The notes beneath the pieces were generated by a model. The model was not told the origin of the DNA. It saw only the letters and a program-made list of their open reading frames with translations, and made no database searches. Below, one piece after another: positions 20,432 through 30,180 of a stretch of 64,000 nucleotides of DNA. Numbering within the stretch: position 1 is the stretch's first letter; the number at the start of each line of letters is the position of its first letter. Location of the stretch: assembly GCA_963664705.1 (NCBI GenBank), contig OY761556.1, positions 672,001 to 736,000 of the forward strand, in the 5' to 3' direction. Source of the stretch: Acidobacteriota bacterium. Lineage in GTDB: Bacteria; Acidobacteriota; UBA6911. The position numbers and the translations under genes are program-made.

Positions 20432-21943
20432 TCAGTCTTCGTCCCCCTTTGCCTTCTTGCAGCCGGGGAATTTGTAGCGCAACTCGATGCCATGCAGATC
20501 GGCATCAGTTGTCGTCTGCTGTCCTTCGGTGGTGACTTCGGACATTGTCTTGCCAGTCGAACTGATAATCTTGTCCAGCTCAGGGCAGTTCTCAAACTCT
20601 CCGATGTAAGTGAACATTTTGCCGTACAACTTACCCTGCAAGCCCTTCAGGATTTTAATGGAAAAGTGCCCCTGGGCGTCTGTTTGCGCTCTTGAAATCC
20701 CGTCTATTTCCGGCTGCTTCGTGTCAGCTATAAACTCGACAAATTCCTTAACTACGGGCTTCCCGTCTGAATACAAAAACACTCCATCTGCCGTTATTGT
20801 TTCGGATTGTGCAGGGACGTGAATATCATAATTTTCTCTGACATCTCCCTCCCCCATATTGACTATGGTTGCCTTTTCCTTCTCAAAGGTGTTTGGGTAA
20901 TAAAGCGTGGGAAACGGCTCAGTGCTACTTATTTTGTTGTCCTTGTTAACAACAATCAGATATTTCCCCGGAGGCATGTCTTTTAGTGCATAACTGCCAT
21001 CTTCTTCCGTGCAATCAAAGACACGGAAATATTTCGAAACCTTATCTGCCACCGGAATCAAATCCATGCAAACATCTTTCATCGGCATGCCTTTTGATGA
21101 GATGACCTTTCCATTGATACTGTTGTTTGCGTTGAAAACGAAGCTAACGCTAACACACCCATTTTCTTTAAGATTAACCATGACCGAATTCGGATTTCCT
21201 GAGGTGTTGCGCATCAATCCCCCAAATCCGGAGAACATGGGAAAACGGATTTTCAAACCTGGCGGAACTTCTGGCGTTACCGTGTACTGATCTGGAGGCA
21301 GATCATAGATTTCGTAAACGCCATTCTGGTCAGTCATAGCTTCATACGTTTTGTTTTTGCCTGCAATTTTGACTCTGGCTCCAGCAAAACTGCCAGTCTT
21401 TGTGAAACCCTTCTCCGGTGTGTCCTCGTCCCGCGACAATTCACCTGATAACCGCGTTCTGCCTAAACTATTCGGCAATCCTTCTAAGAAAAGCAGATCC
21501 TCAGCTGCATCTGCAACAAACACATTTCTATTGCATGGAGGGATTACCCACATTCCAAGCTCTTTGTTGAATTGAGCATAAAGCAGTAGTCGGGCCCCGA
21601 TCTCGAATTTTCCGGAGCAGCTATTATCTTCACGAGCGAGGACTATTTCTTTCTGGGGTTTGCCTTTATATGTTTTCTCGATCTCTACGTAAATCTTCCA
21701 TCCCCTCGCCTTGATAAGCTCCTCTTTTGGGTTGAGATCAGTTAAGGATTGAGCTGTATAGGTTCTGATTACTGGAACATCTTCGACCCTGGTCACAGTG
21801 CCGACAAAAATGCTCTCGGCAGAAGCGTAGGCCTGGCAAACTGAGGCCCAACCTGCACAGGAGCATCCTAGGACTAATTGCTGATGGCAAAGCATGGCTA
21901 TCGAGGCCGAAAAGAGAAGGATCAATGTTTTTACTGTTCTCAC
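20432..21943 (-). CDS. Secreted protein: N-terminal TIMP/NTR-like CxC domain plus carboxypeptidase-regulatory-like (prealbumin-fold) repeats
   Basis: Signal peptide then CSC...C...IFVGTV. Repeats TDQNGVYEIYDLPP, TEEDGSYALKDMPPGKY and TDAQGHFSI. Visibly more AT-rich than flanking core genes. Confidence 0.65.
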   Translation of the reverse strand: MRTVKTLILLFSASIAMLCHQQLVLGCSCAGWASVCQAYASAESIFVGTVTRVEDVPVIRTYTAQSLTDLNPKEELIKARGWKIYVEIEKTYKGKPQKEIVLAREDNSCSGKFEIGARLLLYAQFNKELGMWVIPPCNRNVFVADAAEDLLFLEGLPNSLGRTRLSGELSRDEDTPEKGFTKTGSFAGARVKIAGKNKTYEAMTDQNGVYEIYDLPPDQYTVTPEVPPGLKIRFPMFSGFGGLMRNTSGNPNSVMVNLKENGCVSVSFVFNANNSINGKVISSKGMPMKDVCMDLIPVADKVSKYFRVFDCTEEDGSYALKDMPPGKYLIVVNKDNKISSTEPFPTLYYPNTFEKEKATIVNMGEGDVRENYDIHVPAQSETITADGVFLYSDGKPVVKEFVEFIADTKQPEIDGISRAQTDAQGHFSIKILKGLQGKLYGKMFTYIGEFENCPELDKIISSTGKTMSEVTTEGQQTTTDADLHGIELRYKFPGCKKAKGDED

Positions 21944-22298
21944 GTGTCCCTCCTGTTCAATGAAGTGCTGATCTTACGTGAGCTTGCCGCCCCTTGTTCG
22001 AAAGCAATACTTAAAGCTGCAACCTGGTGGGATTCCAATATATTAGATGCCTTTCGCTCCCATTTGTTCAAAAACAAAGAATCTGGACACCCATGATTTG
22101 TTCGGAAAACCGAGCGAGGAGTTTCGGGAAAGATCCCGGTAGAAAAGCTCCGACTTTCGATGCGAGCTGTTGGAGAATACCATAAGAAGAATTGTGATGT
22201 TCTTCGTAGTTGATGAGCTATTCGAGAGTATTTTACGCGGGTAGGCAGGCGGACATTGGATTAATCCCGAAAATGCGCTGAGTCCAGAATACTCCGGA

Positions 22299-23342
22299 CT
22301 ATGCGAAAACGGATCGAGCGGTCGACAAGCCTTTGAACCAATGCCGGTTGAGCCGGTCTGCGAATTCACGCATGTGGGTCAGGCTGCCAGCGGCCAGCAG
22401 GAATGTGGAACCAAAATGAGATATGGTTTCCCTCCATTCCTTGGGAACAGCTCCGATGCGATTCAGGATCGGGGCAAGGCGGGCGTCGATGAACCCGGGC
22501 TTATCAGAGCGAATCACGCGTCCCGATCGGTCGACCAGATCAAAATATTCGGCTGCGGATATGTCGAGGATGCCCCGTCGACCGGGGGTGGACTGAATCG
22601 GAGCCAGCCAGCTGTCGGAAGCAGTTTCAAGTGGAGAATGATCGAAAGCCGGGTCCGAATCACTGGGTTGAGAGGCTGGTTGCTGGGACAAGGATTGGCG
22701 ATGCCAGGCGCGGAGACGCTCCTGGATGCTGGCGAAGTCGCTGTCTTCGGGAGTAGAAGCAATACCGGCCCGGACCAGATTCAAATCAACATAGACCATG
22801 CAGGCTGTGATAGCGGGGCCATCCAGGAGTGCCTGGCATTTGAAGCGGGATTCCCAGAAGCGGCCCTTGACGATATCCTCCTTGTTGGCCTTGCGCGCGA
22901 TGAATTCATTGAATTTGGACATGAACCAACTCAAGCTGCCCAACCGCTTGCGCAGAACCGCAATGTGTTCCGGACAATCGGTTAAGGCCTGGATCTGTTC
23001 AGCCCGAGGAGGAAGGGGTTTTTTGCCGATGCAGGATTTTCGGGGGCAAAGCTCAAGCCAGCGAGCGGCGACATCGGAATCAGACCAGGAGCGAAGAATG
23101 TCGGGTCGAGTGCGCAAGATGGAATGCACGTGGTTTTCCATGATGGCGTAAGCGCATACGTCGATGGCGAAGATGCCGGCAAGATGTTTCAAACGATCGA
23201 GAATCCATTTTTTGCGATGGGAGAAGTCCCGGCCGCTAAGCGGGTCATATCCGCAAAGATAAGCTCTGCGGACGCATCGGCTGATGCAGTGATAAACACC
23301 TTCCTCCCCTTCGATGACATAGTTGTTTCTTGCCAATCCCAT
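22299..23342 (-). CDS. REP-associated tyrosine transposase-like (Y1/HUH, IS200/IS605 superfamily) protein
   Basis: YHCISRCVRR, CAYAIMENHVH (HUH), GRFWESRFK, YVDLNLVRAG (catalytic Tyr; Leu at the usual NP position). Confidence 0.9.
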   Translation of the reverse strand: MGLARNNYVIEGEEGVYHCISRCVRRAYLCGYDPLSGRDFSHRKKWILDRLKHLAGIFAIDVCAYAIMENHVHSILRTRPDILRSWSDSDVAARWLELCPRKSCIGKKPLPPRAEQIQALTDCPEHIAVLRKRLGSLSWFMSKFNEFIARKANKEDIVKGRFWESRFKCQALLDGPAITACMVYVDLNLVRAGIASTPEDSDFASIQERLRAWHRQSLSQQPASQPSDSDPAFDHSPLETASDSWLAPIQSTPGRRGILDISAAEYFDLVDRSGRVIRSDKPGFIDARLAPILNRIGAVPKEWRETISHFGSTFLLAAGSLTHMREFADRLNRHWFKGLSTARSVFA

Positions 23343-23409
23343 GGTTTGCCTCCTTGCATAGTTACTAATGGCGAACCATGGGAATTGAGCGAAGAAATAT
23401 TCAAAAATA

Positions 23410-23447
23410 GTGGGTGTCCAGGTTTCAGGTGGGTGTCCAGGTTTCAG
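23410..23447 (+). repeat. Exact 19-bp tandem duplication GTGGGTGTCCAGGTTTCAG x2
   Basis: Read directly: 23410-23428 and 23429-23447. Confidence 0.9.
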
Positions 23448-23450
23448 CTA

Positions 23451-23843
23451 TTATGAAATCGGCTGCCAGAGTTCGACTTTGTTGCCGTCTGGGTCGATGA
23501 ACCAGCCGAACTTGCCATAATCGCTGGTCTGCGGCTCTCCGGCCAACTGGGCGCCGCCGGTCTGCACCTGGCGCAGGGCTTCCTCCACGTCGTCGACGAT
23601 GAGGTTGAACATGTAGTCCTTGCCTGAGGGAGCAAAATAATCGGCATCCGCCGGGAATGCCGCCCAGACCGTGAGGCCATTCGCCGGCATGTTCCGGGGT
23701 AGGAAGTTTGCTCCTCCCTCCGGGCTGCCATCGATGCCCAGCCACTGTTTGTACCAGGCAAGCAGCCGGGCAGGGTCTGGAGATTTAAAGAAGATGCCGC
23801 CAATGCCTAAAACTTTTGCCATAGTCATCCTTTTGAAAAACAA
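23451..23843 (-). CDS. VOC / glyoxalase family protein
   Basis: KVLGIGGIFFKS, MFNLIVDD, YGKFGWFIDPDGNKVELWQP. The real start is probably one of the internal Met codons near 23822-23828. Confidence 0.9.
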   Translation of the reverse strand: MFFKRMTMAKVLGIGGIFFKSPDPARLLAWYKQWLGIDGSPEGGANFLPRNMPANGLTVWAAFPADADYFAPSGKDYMFNLIVDDVEEALRQVQTGGAQLAGEPQTSDYGKFGWFIDPDGNKVELWQPIS

Positions 23844-23861
23844 GCGCGTGGGAATCCTGAT

Positions 23862-24467
23862 TCATAGTGCCTGTTTGTTCGAAGGCGCACTTTTTGAGTT
23901 GAGGAGGCTCTTCAGTTCCTTTGTCATCTCTTCATTTAGTGCCTTGACTCTGTTTTGTATGCGCTGCAGCACTACCGGCAAATATTCCTGCAGGATGGTA
24001 GGCTGAACATCGAGCAGATGCTGTCCGGCCGGGGAGCTATAGAAATCGATGATTCTATCTATATCCGGACCGGTCATATACTTCTGATACAACCCCGCCA
24101 TATCTTCCATCATTTCATCCGTACTGTTTAGCGCCATGGCTCGTTCCATATACTTTGTCATAATATCCGTGAAGAACTGCTGCGCTTCGGCCTTGGATGC
24201 CAGTTCCGGCTGATTCTGCTGCATCTGCCTGAACTGTGCCGTCATCTGCTGCTGAATTAGGGCGGGCATGGTTTTCCTGATCGAAGCGACCTGCTCAGGC
24301 ACCCGTATCAATTTGAATAGGCTGTATAGTTGTTCCTTCGTTGCCTGCTGATTGGCGGGGATAACAGGCGGAACCGTGGATGCTGTCTGAGCCGGTCCTG
24401 ATGCGGGCCAAAGCAGTAATGTAAAAAATACTCCAAGGAAAGCTGCAACTCTATTGCCTCTCGTCAT
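23862..24467 (-). CDS. Secreted DUF2059-like helical protein
   Basis: Signal peptide and LYQKYMTGPDIDRIIDFYSSPAGQ motif. Confidence 0.75.
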   Translation of the reverse strand: MTRGNRVAAFLGVFFTLLLWPASGPAQTASTVPPVIPANQQATKEQLYSLFKLIRVPEQVASIRKTMPALIQQQMTAQFRQMQQNQPELASKAEAQQFFTDIMTKYMERAMALNSTDEMMEDMAGLYQKYMTGPDIDRIIDFYSSPAGQHLLDVQPTILQEYLPVVLQRIQNRVKALNEEMTKELKSLLNSKSAPSNKQAL

Positions 24468-24699
24468 AAATTCTCCCGGGCCTGGATAGAATGCATGGCC
24501 AGTCTTTTATCGTATCGGTGCACATTTCTGAATGGCCCGCAGGCCACCGCAAAATGCGCTCTATCTTATTCCCACGGGACGGTGGAGTGGAACATTATTT
24601 TGTCGCTGTAGCCAGACTTGCCTGTCCCGAAGCGCAGCCCTGTTCAGACTGGCGCGCACCTTTCTTTCCTGCGCAGCAGACACCATGGGGCCATGTCAT

Positions 24700-25527
24700 T
24701 TAGTCGAGAATCGCTGCCGCGTGCTCGCTGCCGAACTTGCGGTAAAAACTGCGGATCACTTCCATGAGGCTGTGGCTCAATATCCGCTTTACGCAGAGGA
24801 TAAGTTCATCGGGAATTATTCCATAAAAGGCTTCAGCGATGCCCCCGGTTATACATGCCAGTGTGTCGGCGTCGCCTCCGAGGGAGATGGCATTGCGGAT
24901 CGCATCTTCATAGCTGGTGGATTCCAGAAAGGCAACAATGGCTTCGGGAACGGTTCCTTGACAGGTTCCGTTAAATGCGTAGGAAGGCCGTATCTGATCA
25001 AGGTTTCTGCTCAGATCATAATTGAACCTCGACTCCAGCAGGCGTCTGATCTCCTGCCTGTCGCTGGTGCGTCGTGCGTAGTAGATAGCTGCCGCTGTTG
25101 CCTGGGCTCCCTTGATGCCCTCCGGATGATTGTGCGTGACGCTGGCGCTGCGTTCAGCCCAAAGGAGGACCTCATCAATGGTTTCAAACGCAAACCCGAC
25201 GGCGCTGGCACGCATGGCGGAGCCGTTACCATAGCTGTTGTATGGGCTGCGATTTCGTGTTCTTGCCCATTGATGAAACATCCCTCCATAGCCGCGTTCC
25301 GGATACAGGTGATAGTAGGAATGCAGAAGATCCGTCAGGTCTTTCCCGGTCAATAGCCAGTCGGCAACCGCTACGCTTAGAACCGTGTCATCCGTATAGG
25401 TTGATCGGGAGGTGACCAGCGGGAAGTCCTTCGTTTTCGTGCCGGTGAATTCGTGAGTGGATCCTGCGATATCGCCTATGATTGCTCCGATCACCCTTGC
25501 CCCCTTGTGAAAATAATTGCTGTCCAT
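24700..25527 (-). CDS. ADP-ribosylglycohydrolase family protein
   Basis: GAIIGDIAGS, TDDT, SYGNGSAMR, THNH, GGDADT motifs. Confidence 0.92.
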   Translation of the reverse strand: MDSNYFHKGARVIGAIIGDIAGSTHEFTGTKTKDFPLVTSRSTYTDDTVLSVAVADWLLTGKDLTDLLHSYYHLYPERGYGGMFHQWARTRNRSPYNSYGNGSAMRASAVGFAFETIDEVLLWAERSASVTHNHPEGIKGAQATAAAIYYARRTSDRQEIRRLLESRFNYDLSRNLDQIRPSYAFNGTCQGTVPEAIVAFLESTSYEDAIRNAISLGGDADTLACITGGIAEAFYGIIPDELILCVKRILSHSLMEVIRSFYRKFGSEHAAAILD

Positions 25528-25672
25528 TTTGCCACACAGCGGATGTCGACGCGAGGTTTGTGATTTGCCACTGAAAGCGCGGCGGCAAGTCGCTTGGCGG
25601 GATGATGGCGCTCCCAGTGCCCGATTTTATTGAGTCAAGGATGGATGCCGGGAACAGAACCAAACACGCTTT

Positions 25673-26974
25673 TTACCGGTCGCCAGGAAATCGGCGCTGT
25701 GGAATTGCCGCGAAATCTTTTGTCAGGTTTGTGTTGGCATTCCAAGACACCCTGCTTTCCGAGTCCAGGAGGAAGCTGCCGGAAGTAACAATCTGTTCGC
25801 CCTGGTTGAGCCCGCTCAAGATTTGAGTATGCCCATCCAGACGCCATCCCGTCTGTACTATGCGCTGGGCAAAGAAACCATTGCCTCTATCTACATAAAC
25901 GATTTTCTCGCGGCCGGTGTCAATAATGGCGTCGGTTGGAATGGCTACGGCGGGACTCAGCCCGATGCTGAATTCGACATTTACAAACATCTCGGGCCGA
26001 AGCAGCAGGCCTGGATTGTCCAGTTCCAGCCTGATTTTCAATGCGCGGCTGGCCGGGTCGAATTGAGGCGGCGTTTTGCATATTTGAGCGGCATAGATGC
26101 GGTCCTGATATTCAACGGAAGCATTGGTGGCGGACCGGATAAGGCGAGCGTCATTTTCAAAGAGGTTGGCGAGGACCCAAATTTTGCTTACGTCCACGAT
26201 TCGAAAAAGCTCCGTCCCCCGTTCAAAGCGCGTTCCCTGATACGCGTTTCGCAACATCAGAATTCCTGATGCCGGCGCACGGATTTCGGCTTCGGGAGTG
26301 GTCTTTCTCGTTAAGGCGATATGTCGAATCTGCAGTTTGGAGATGCCTAGATACTCCAGATTATCCTCGCCGGCCAGAATCAGGGATTGAGCGGAATCCG
26401 ATGGATTCGCATCGGACGGCAGTCCATATTTTTCGGAAGCATTGAGCGCCTGGATATAGGCCTGCTGCGGGCGCAGTATCTCTCGATTGAGAAAGGTCGC
26501 CAGTACGGAATTCTTTTTTACATAGTCTCCCGTGACGAAGGGCGCAACCTGGCGGATCAAACCGTCAATTGGCGGGACTATTCGAAATTCGCGCGTTTCA
26601 TCCGGGGCCACGCGTCCAAATGTTCGAAATTTGAAAATGCCCACCATCCGATCCACGGTCGAAACCTTTACACCGGCAAGCTGCTGTCTTTCGGAGTCGA
26701 TTTGGACATTGACTGGGGCCGCGTTCGTCGAATCACTTCCTGCAACAAGGCTTGGATATGCATAGAGTGGTTCGACCTGCATTCCGCAACAGGGAGCTAT
26801 CCCGGGCTTGTCTGTTCGATAGCTCGGGTGCATCGGGCAGTAATAATACAGTATGTGCGTTTTATGTGCCTCCGCATTGACGCTGTTCTGGTGGTGTAAA
26901 TGGGAAACGCCATAGATGAACATGATCAAGAGGATGACGCAAAGCGATACAAAGATTCGTGCATACAGTTTCAT
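25673..26974 (-). CDS. CusB-like RND periplasmic adaptor with heavy-metal-binding domain
   Basis: N-terminal TM, YYCPMHP...PGIAPCCGM, IRAPASG, LRPEMF, GSFLLDSES. Start taken at MKLYA (ORF track extends to 27025). Confidence 0.85.
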   Translation of the reverse strand: MKLYARIFVSLCVILLIMFIYGVSHLHHQNSVNAEAHKTHILYYYCPMHPSYRTDKPGIAPCCGMQVEPLYAYPSLVAGSDSTNAAPVNVQIDSERQQLAGVKVSTVDRMVGIFKFRTFGRVAPDETREFRIVPPIDGLIRQVAPFVTGDYVKKNSVLATFLNREILRPQQAYIQALNASEKYGLPSDANPSDSAQSLILAGEDNLEYLGISKLQIRHIALTRKTTPEAEIRAPASGILMLRNAYQGTRFERGTELFRIVDVSKIWVLANLFENDARLIRSATNASVEYQDRIYAAQICKTPPQFDPASRALKIRLELDNPGLLLRPEMFVNVEFSIGLSPAVAIPTDAIIDTGREKIVYVDRGNGFFAQRIVQTGWRLDGHTQILSGLNQGEQIVTSGSFLLDSESRVSWNANTNLTKDFAAIPQRRFPGDR

Positions 26975-27103
26975 ATAAGCACCATGCCGTCTTTCGCTGT
27001 TGAATTGACAGGAGCGTTTATCCATGACTTCAACGCAAACCTGGATGAGGGAATGGAAGGGGGGGAGTATGGATTCAGACGCATATCCTGATTTCCAGAC
27101 GCA

Positions 27104-29080
27104 CTACGAGTCCGGAAGCACACGGTAGGGGCGCATCATTTCATTATCTTCGTGTTCCAGAATGTGGCAGTGCCAAACGTAAAGTCCGGCAATGTCAAAA
27201 TGAGCTTTGATGCGTGTGATCTGTCCCGGATAGACGATCAGGCTGTCCTTGCGACCGGTCTCCCAGACCTCCAACGGCTGCAGTTCTCCCGGTGCTCCGA
27301 CCGCGGGATCGAAGACTTCGCGACTTAAAATTTCAAATTGTACCTGATGAACATGGAAAGGATGAGCATCCTCCGTGAAGTTATAGATCTCCCATACTTC
27401 CGTCGTATTCTGGGAAGGAGTTTCAGTCGGATCGTCCATCCAAAGCTTCGGAATTCCGGCCGGGACGCCGGGATCCGAGAGATCTACGGTTCCCAATAGC
27501 GCAATGCGCGGACCCACGCCGGGCAGAACTTCCGAATCGAGCTCATTAAAGGAGATCTGCCGTGTGCGGACTGCAGATCCCAGATCGGGCGGAGTTGGAA
27601 GTCTCAGGCGCTCCGGTGGAGTGCTGGTGTCTGGCCTCGTGAGGCCGATCACACGAAATTGCAGGACCTGCCCGGTAGTGCCTGGATTTGCGGATGGGAA
27701 GTCAACTCCGGGTGTTCCTCCTCCAAAGGGTTCGTCGGGGCCAACATTCAGCAAGGTGATCCTTGATCCCGGACGGATGTCTGAAAAGTCCACAATGACA
27801 TCAGCGCGTTCGGAAGGGAAGATCATGACGCGATCGGACTGTGCCGCTTGCGGCAGGAATCCGCCGTCAGAACCTATATGCCAGAATGGCAGCCCATTCT
27901 CCATCTGCAGGATGAGAATACGTGTATTGCTGGCATTGAGGATGCGGAAGCGATATCGCCTCGGTTCCACCAGCAGGTAAGGCCATGTCTGCCCATTTAC
28001 AAGCATAGTGTTGCCGAATGTCTCCGGGTTTTGAATGGGAGCAATGTCGCTGTACGGGATATAGGGACCAGCGAATCCATCAAAGAAGACACGACTGTCC
28101 GGATAGAACAGTGAACCATCCCGGTTAAAGGAACGGTCTTGTATTACGAGCGGGATCTCATAGGGATTCGGTCCGCGCCCCGGGGCGCCGGGTAAAACTC
28201 CGTCGATCTCATCACCTGGACCGCCCCGCAAAAAATAGAGACCTGCAAGGCCGGAGTACATTTCTACACGTGTCACGCCAAGGCTGTGGGCGTGGAACCA
28301 CAATCCTGCTGCACGCTGGTCGTTGGCATATTGATAGGTTGCGCTCCCCGTTTCCCAGGCCACTCCGTATTTTTCGTAAAATCTGTTCTTGAATTCATCA
28401 TAGGCCGAACCCACCCGTGCATAACCGGCAGGTATGGATAATGCATCCGGGAGATACCATGCTTCGGGGTAGCCATCACTTTCTTCATCGGTATGCCCGC
28501 CATGAAGATGGGTTACAAATGGCATCGGTCCCTGATAGGGTTCCGGATTGCTGGCATGAGAATCGCGAGGTCCGGGAGGATTTGCCCAATGGAGGGTCTG
28601 GTCCACAGCCAGAAGTGGGGGGAGATATCGCCCGGTTTCAGGATCTTTCAGATCATTAATCCATTTCACTCGCAGGGGAATATTGTATTTCGCCTCGATC
28701 GAAAAGGCTGGGGAATGGAAACTGCCGCCACGAGCCGCTGAACCCGGATTTGTGATGGACCCGTAACCCCAGACCTTTGTAGAAGGGAAGCCGGGCGGCA
28801 GCATCTGCTGGCGGAACTGGCGCGCGGCAATCTCATAATAGTCGATCAGCGTACCGTCATGACTGACCTGCCCGCTTGGGGGCATGGTGGGTAGGATGCT
28901 GAGGGGCATGCGATATTTTGGGATTTGAGTAGGATCCAGTGTGCCGCCCGAGGAACGAATTCGTGTGCGTCTTGAGAATCCAGCCGCCGGGGCAAATAGA
29001 ACCGCTCCCGTCAACCCTACTGTTTTGAGAAATGCTCTGCGTGATGTGCGGGTAGAGCGTTTTTGTGCCTTTACCTTCAC
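27104..29080 (-). CDS. Tat-exported three-domain multicopper oxidase (CotA / bilirubin oxidase-like)
   Basis: Twin-arginine SRRAFLK and all four Cu motifs: THLHGG, WFHAH, HPFHVH, WHCHILEHEDNEMM. Start taken at GTG 29080 behind an AGGGAG RBS. Confidence 0.93.
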   Translation of the reverse strand: MKVKAQKRSTRTSRRAFLKTVGLTGAVLFAPAAGFSRRTRIRSSGGTLDPTQIPKYRMPLSILPTMPPSGQVSHDGTLIDYYEIAARQFRQQMLPPGFPSTKVWGYGSITNPGSAARGGSFHSPAFSIEAKYNIPLRVKWINDLKDPETGRYLPPLLAVDQTLHWANPPGPRDSHASNPEPYQGPMPFVTHLHGGHTDEESDGYPEAWYLPDALSIPAGYARVGSAYDEFKNRFYEKYGVAWETGSATYQYANDQRAAGLWFHAHSLGVTRVEMYSGLAGLYFLRGGPGDEIDGVLPGAPGRGPNPYEIPLVIQDRSFNRDGSLFYPDSRVFFDGFAGPYIPYSDIAPIQNPETFGNTMLVNGQTWPYLLVEPRRYRFRILNASNTRILILQMENGLPFWHIGSDGGFLPQAAQSDRVMIFPSERADVIVDFSDIRPGSRITLLNVGPDEPFGGGTPGVDFPSANPGTTGQVLQFRVIGLTRPDTSTPPERLRLPTPPDLGSAVRTRQISFNELDSEVLPGVGPRIALLGTVDLSDPGVPAGIPKLWMDDPTETPSQNTTEVWEIYNFTEDAHPFHVHQVQFEILSREVFDPAVGAPGELQPLEVWETGRKDSLIVYPGQITRIKAHFDIAGLYVWHCHILEHEDNEMMRPYRVLPDS

Positions 29081-29356
29081 AGGCTGCTCCCTTAAGGAAA
29101 GTGTCTTGGATTTATTCACGGGGGATCTACTGACAGCCGGTGGATGCAGTACCCTATCCGCCGGCAATTTGCTGGTCTGAATAGATCGGGTCGGTGCCTG
29201 GAGCATTCACTGCAATGAAGTGGGTGATATGCAGTTTAAATACTTCGTTGAAAAAATGTAGCCGGCTTCGGGCCAATTCTGAATATACAAAAATACTCAT
29301 TTCCAAGTGAGTAGTCTTACGAGCCTTTGTGCGCGCCACCAATGGCAGTCTGCCTA

Positions 29357-30082
29357 TCAGCCAATCAAGGAATGGCCAAGCAGAAGTATTGAAACAGTTG
29401 CTATAAACAGGAATGGACTTGTGTGGACCTGGAATGCCAGCCGTCTTATTGCTGCCGGTGCTAATTTCAGCCAAATCAGCAGTCCCGCCGCGGAAATCAG
29501 AATCATGGCAGCCATCCCTAATTCAGGAAAAATGCTGACGGTACATTGGGAAAGATAAAAGTGCGTGATGGCTACAATCATTGCTATGGGATTCAGCCAA
29601 TAGTGAACCGGCCTAAGATATTTTTTTTGGGTCTGATTGAATCCTTCAATCTTCCTTCTGCGAGTGTCCCCGGGTGACATCGCCTTGACTGCAATCTTCA
29701 ATGAGATGCTCAGCGCTACAGTGACATTGGCTATGACAAAAAGCCATGCGGCAAGCACACCGGAAGCGCCATCGCCCTGGTTATGCCCGGCAGGATTCCT
29801 TTCGCCATAGCGGGATAGGTCATGATGCCCGGGGATTCCATGGCCACCCATGGAAATTGCGGCCGTAGCTAAAATAACCAATGCCAAAAATGCCGCGATC
29901 TGAGGCCGAATGCCTGGTTGTATGCGCACAGCCCGCCTTTCTGTTTCAGCTTGCGAACATGAATACGCAAGAAGGAGGAAGCGTTTCATCATTTTCGCAA
30001 AAAATCCAGTTGCCGTCAGATGTCTGCATAATTTTTGCAACACAAATTCTAATTTGCGTATTTGAAAGCGAACGCCATGCAA
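29357..30082 (-). CDS. Membrane protein with intramembrane histidines (cytochrome b / ferric-reductase-like TM?)
   Basis: Several hydrophobic helices with VHYWLN...ITHFY and QVHT...LGH. The true start is probably downstream of the ORF-track start. Confidence 0.5.
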   Translation of the reverse strand: MHGVRFQIRKLEFVLQKLCRHLTATGFFAKMMKRFLLLAYSCSQAETERRAVRIQPGIRPQIAAFLALVILATAAISMGGHGIPGHHDLSRYGERNPAGHNQGDGASGVLAAWLFVIANVTVALSISLKIAVKAMSPGDTRRRKIEGFNQTQKKYLRPVHYWLNPIAMIVAITHFYLSQCTVSIFPELGMAAMILISAAGLLIWLKLAPAAIRRLAFQVHTSPFLFIATVSILLLGHSLIG

Positions 30083-30180
30083 AGGTGCTTTGGATCCATA
30101 TGATGGAAATGGTGTGATTTCATCAAGGCCGCATCGATAGGAAATAGGATGTGCTCAGATACCAGCACTAAGGAAATATT

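Larger units (their letters stand above)
22081..23447 (-). mobile_element. Putative HUH/Y1 transposase element bounded by TGGGTGTCCAG inverted repeats
   Basis: CTGGACACCCA at 22083-22093 is inverted relative to TGGGTGTCCAG at 23411-23421 and 23430-23440. These repeats enclose the transposase gene. Confidence 0.65.

Noticed and set aside
22043-22369. 108-aa ORF downstream of the transposase as a TnpB or accessory gene
   Set aside because: No RuvC or zinc-finger motifs, low-complexity composition, and it crosses the inverted-repeat boundary.
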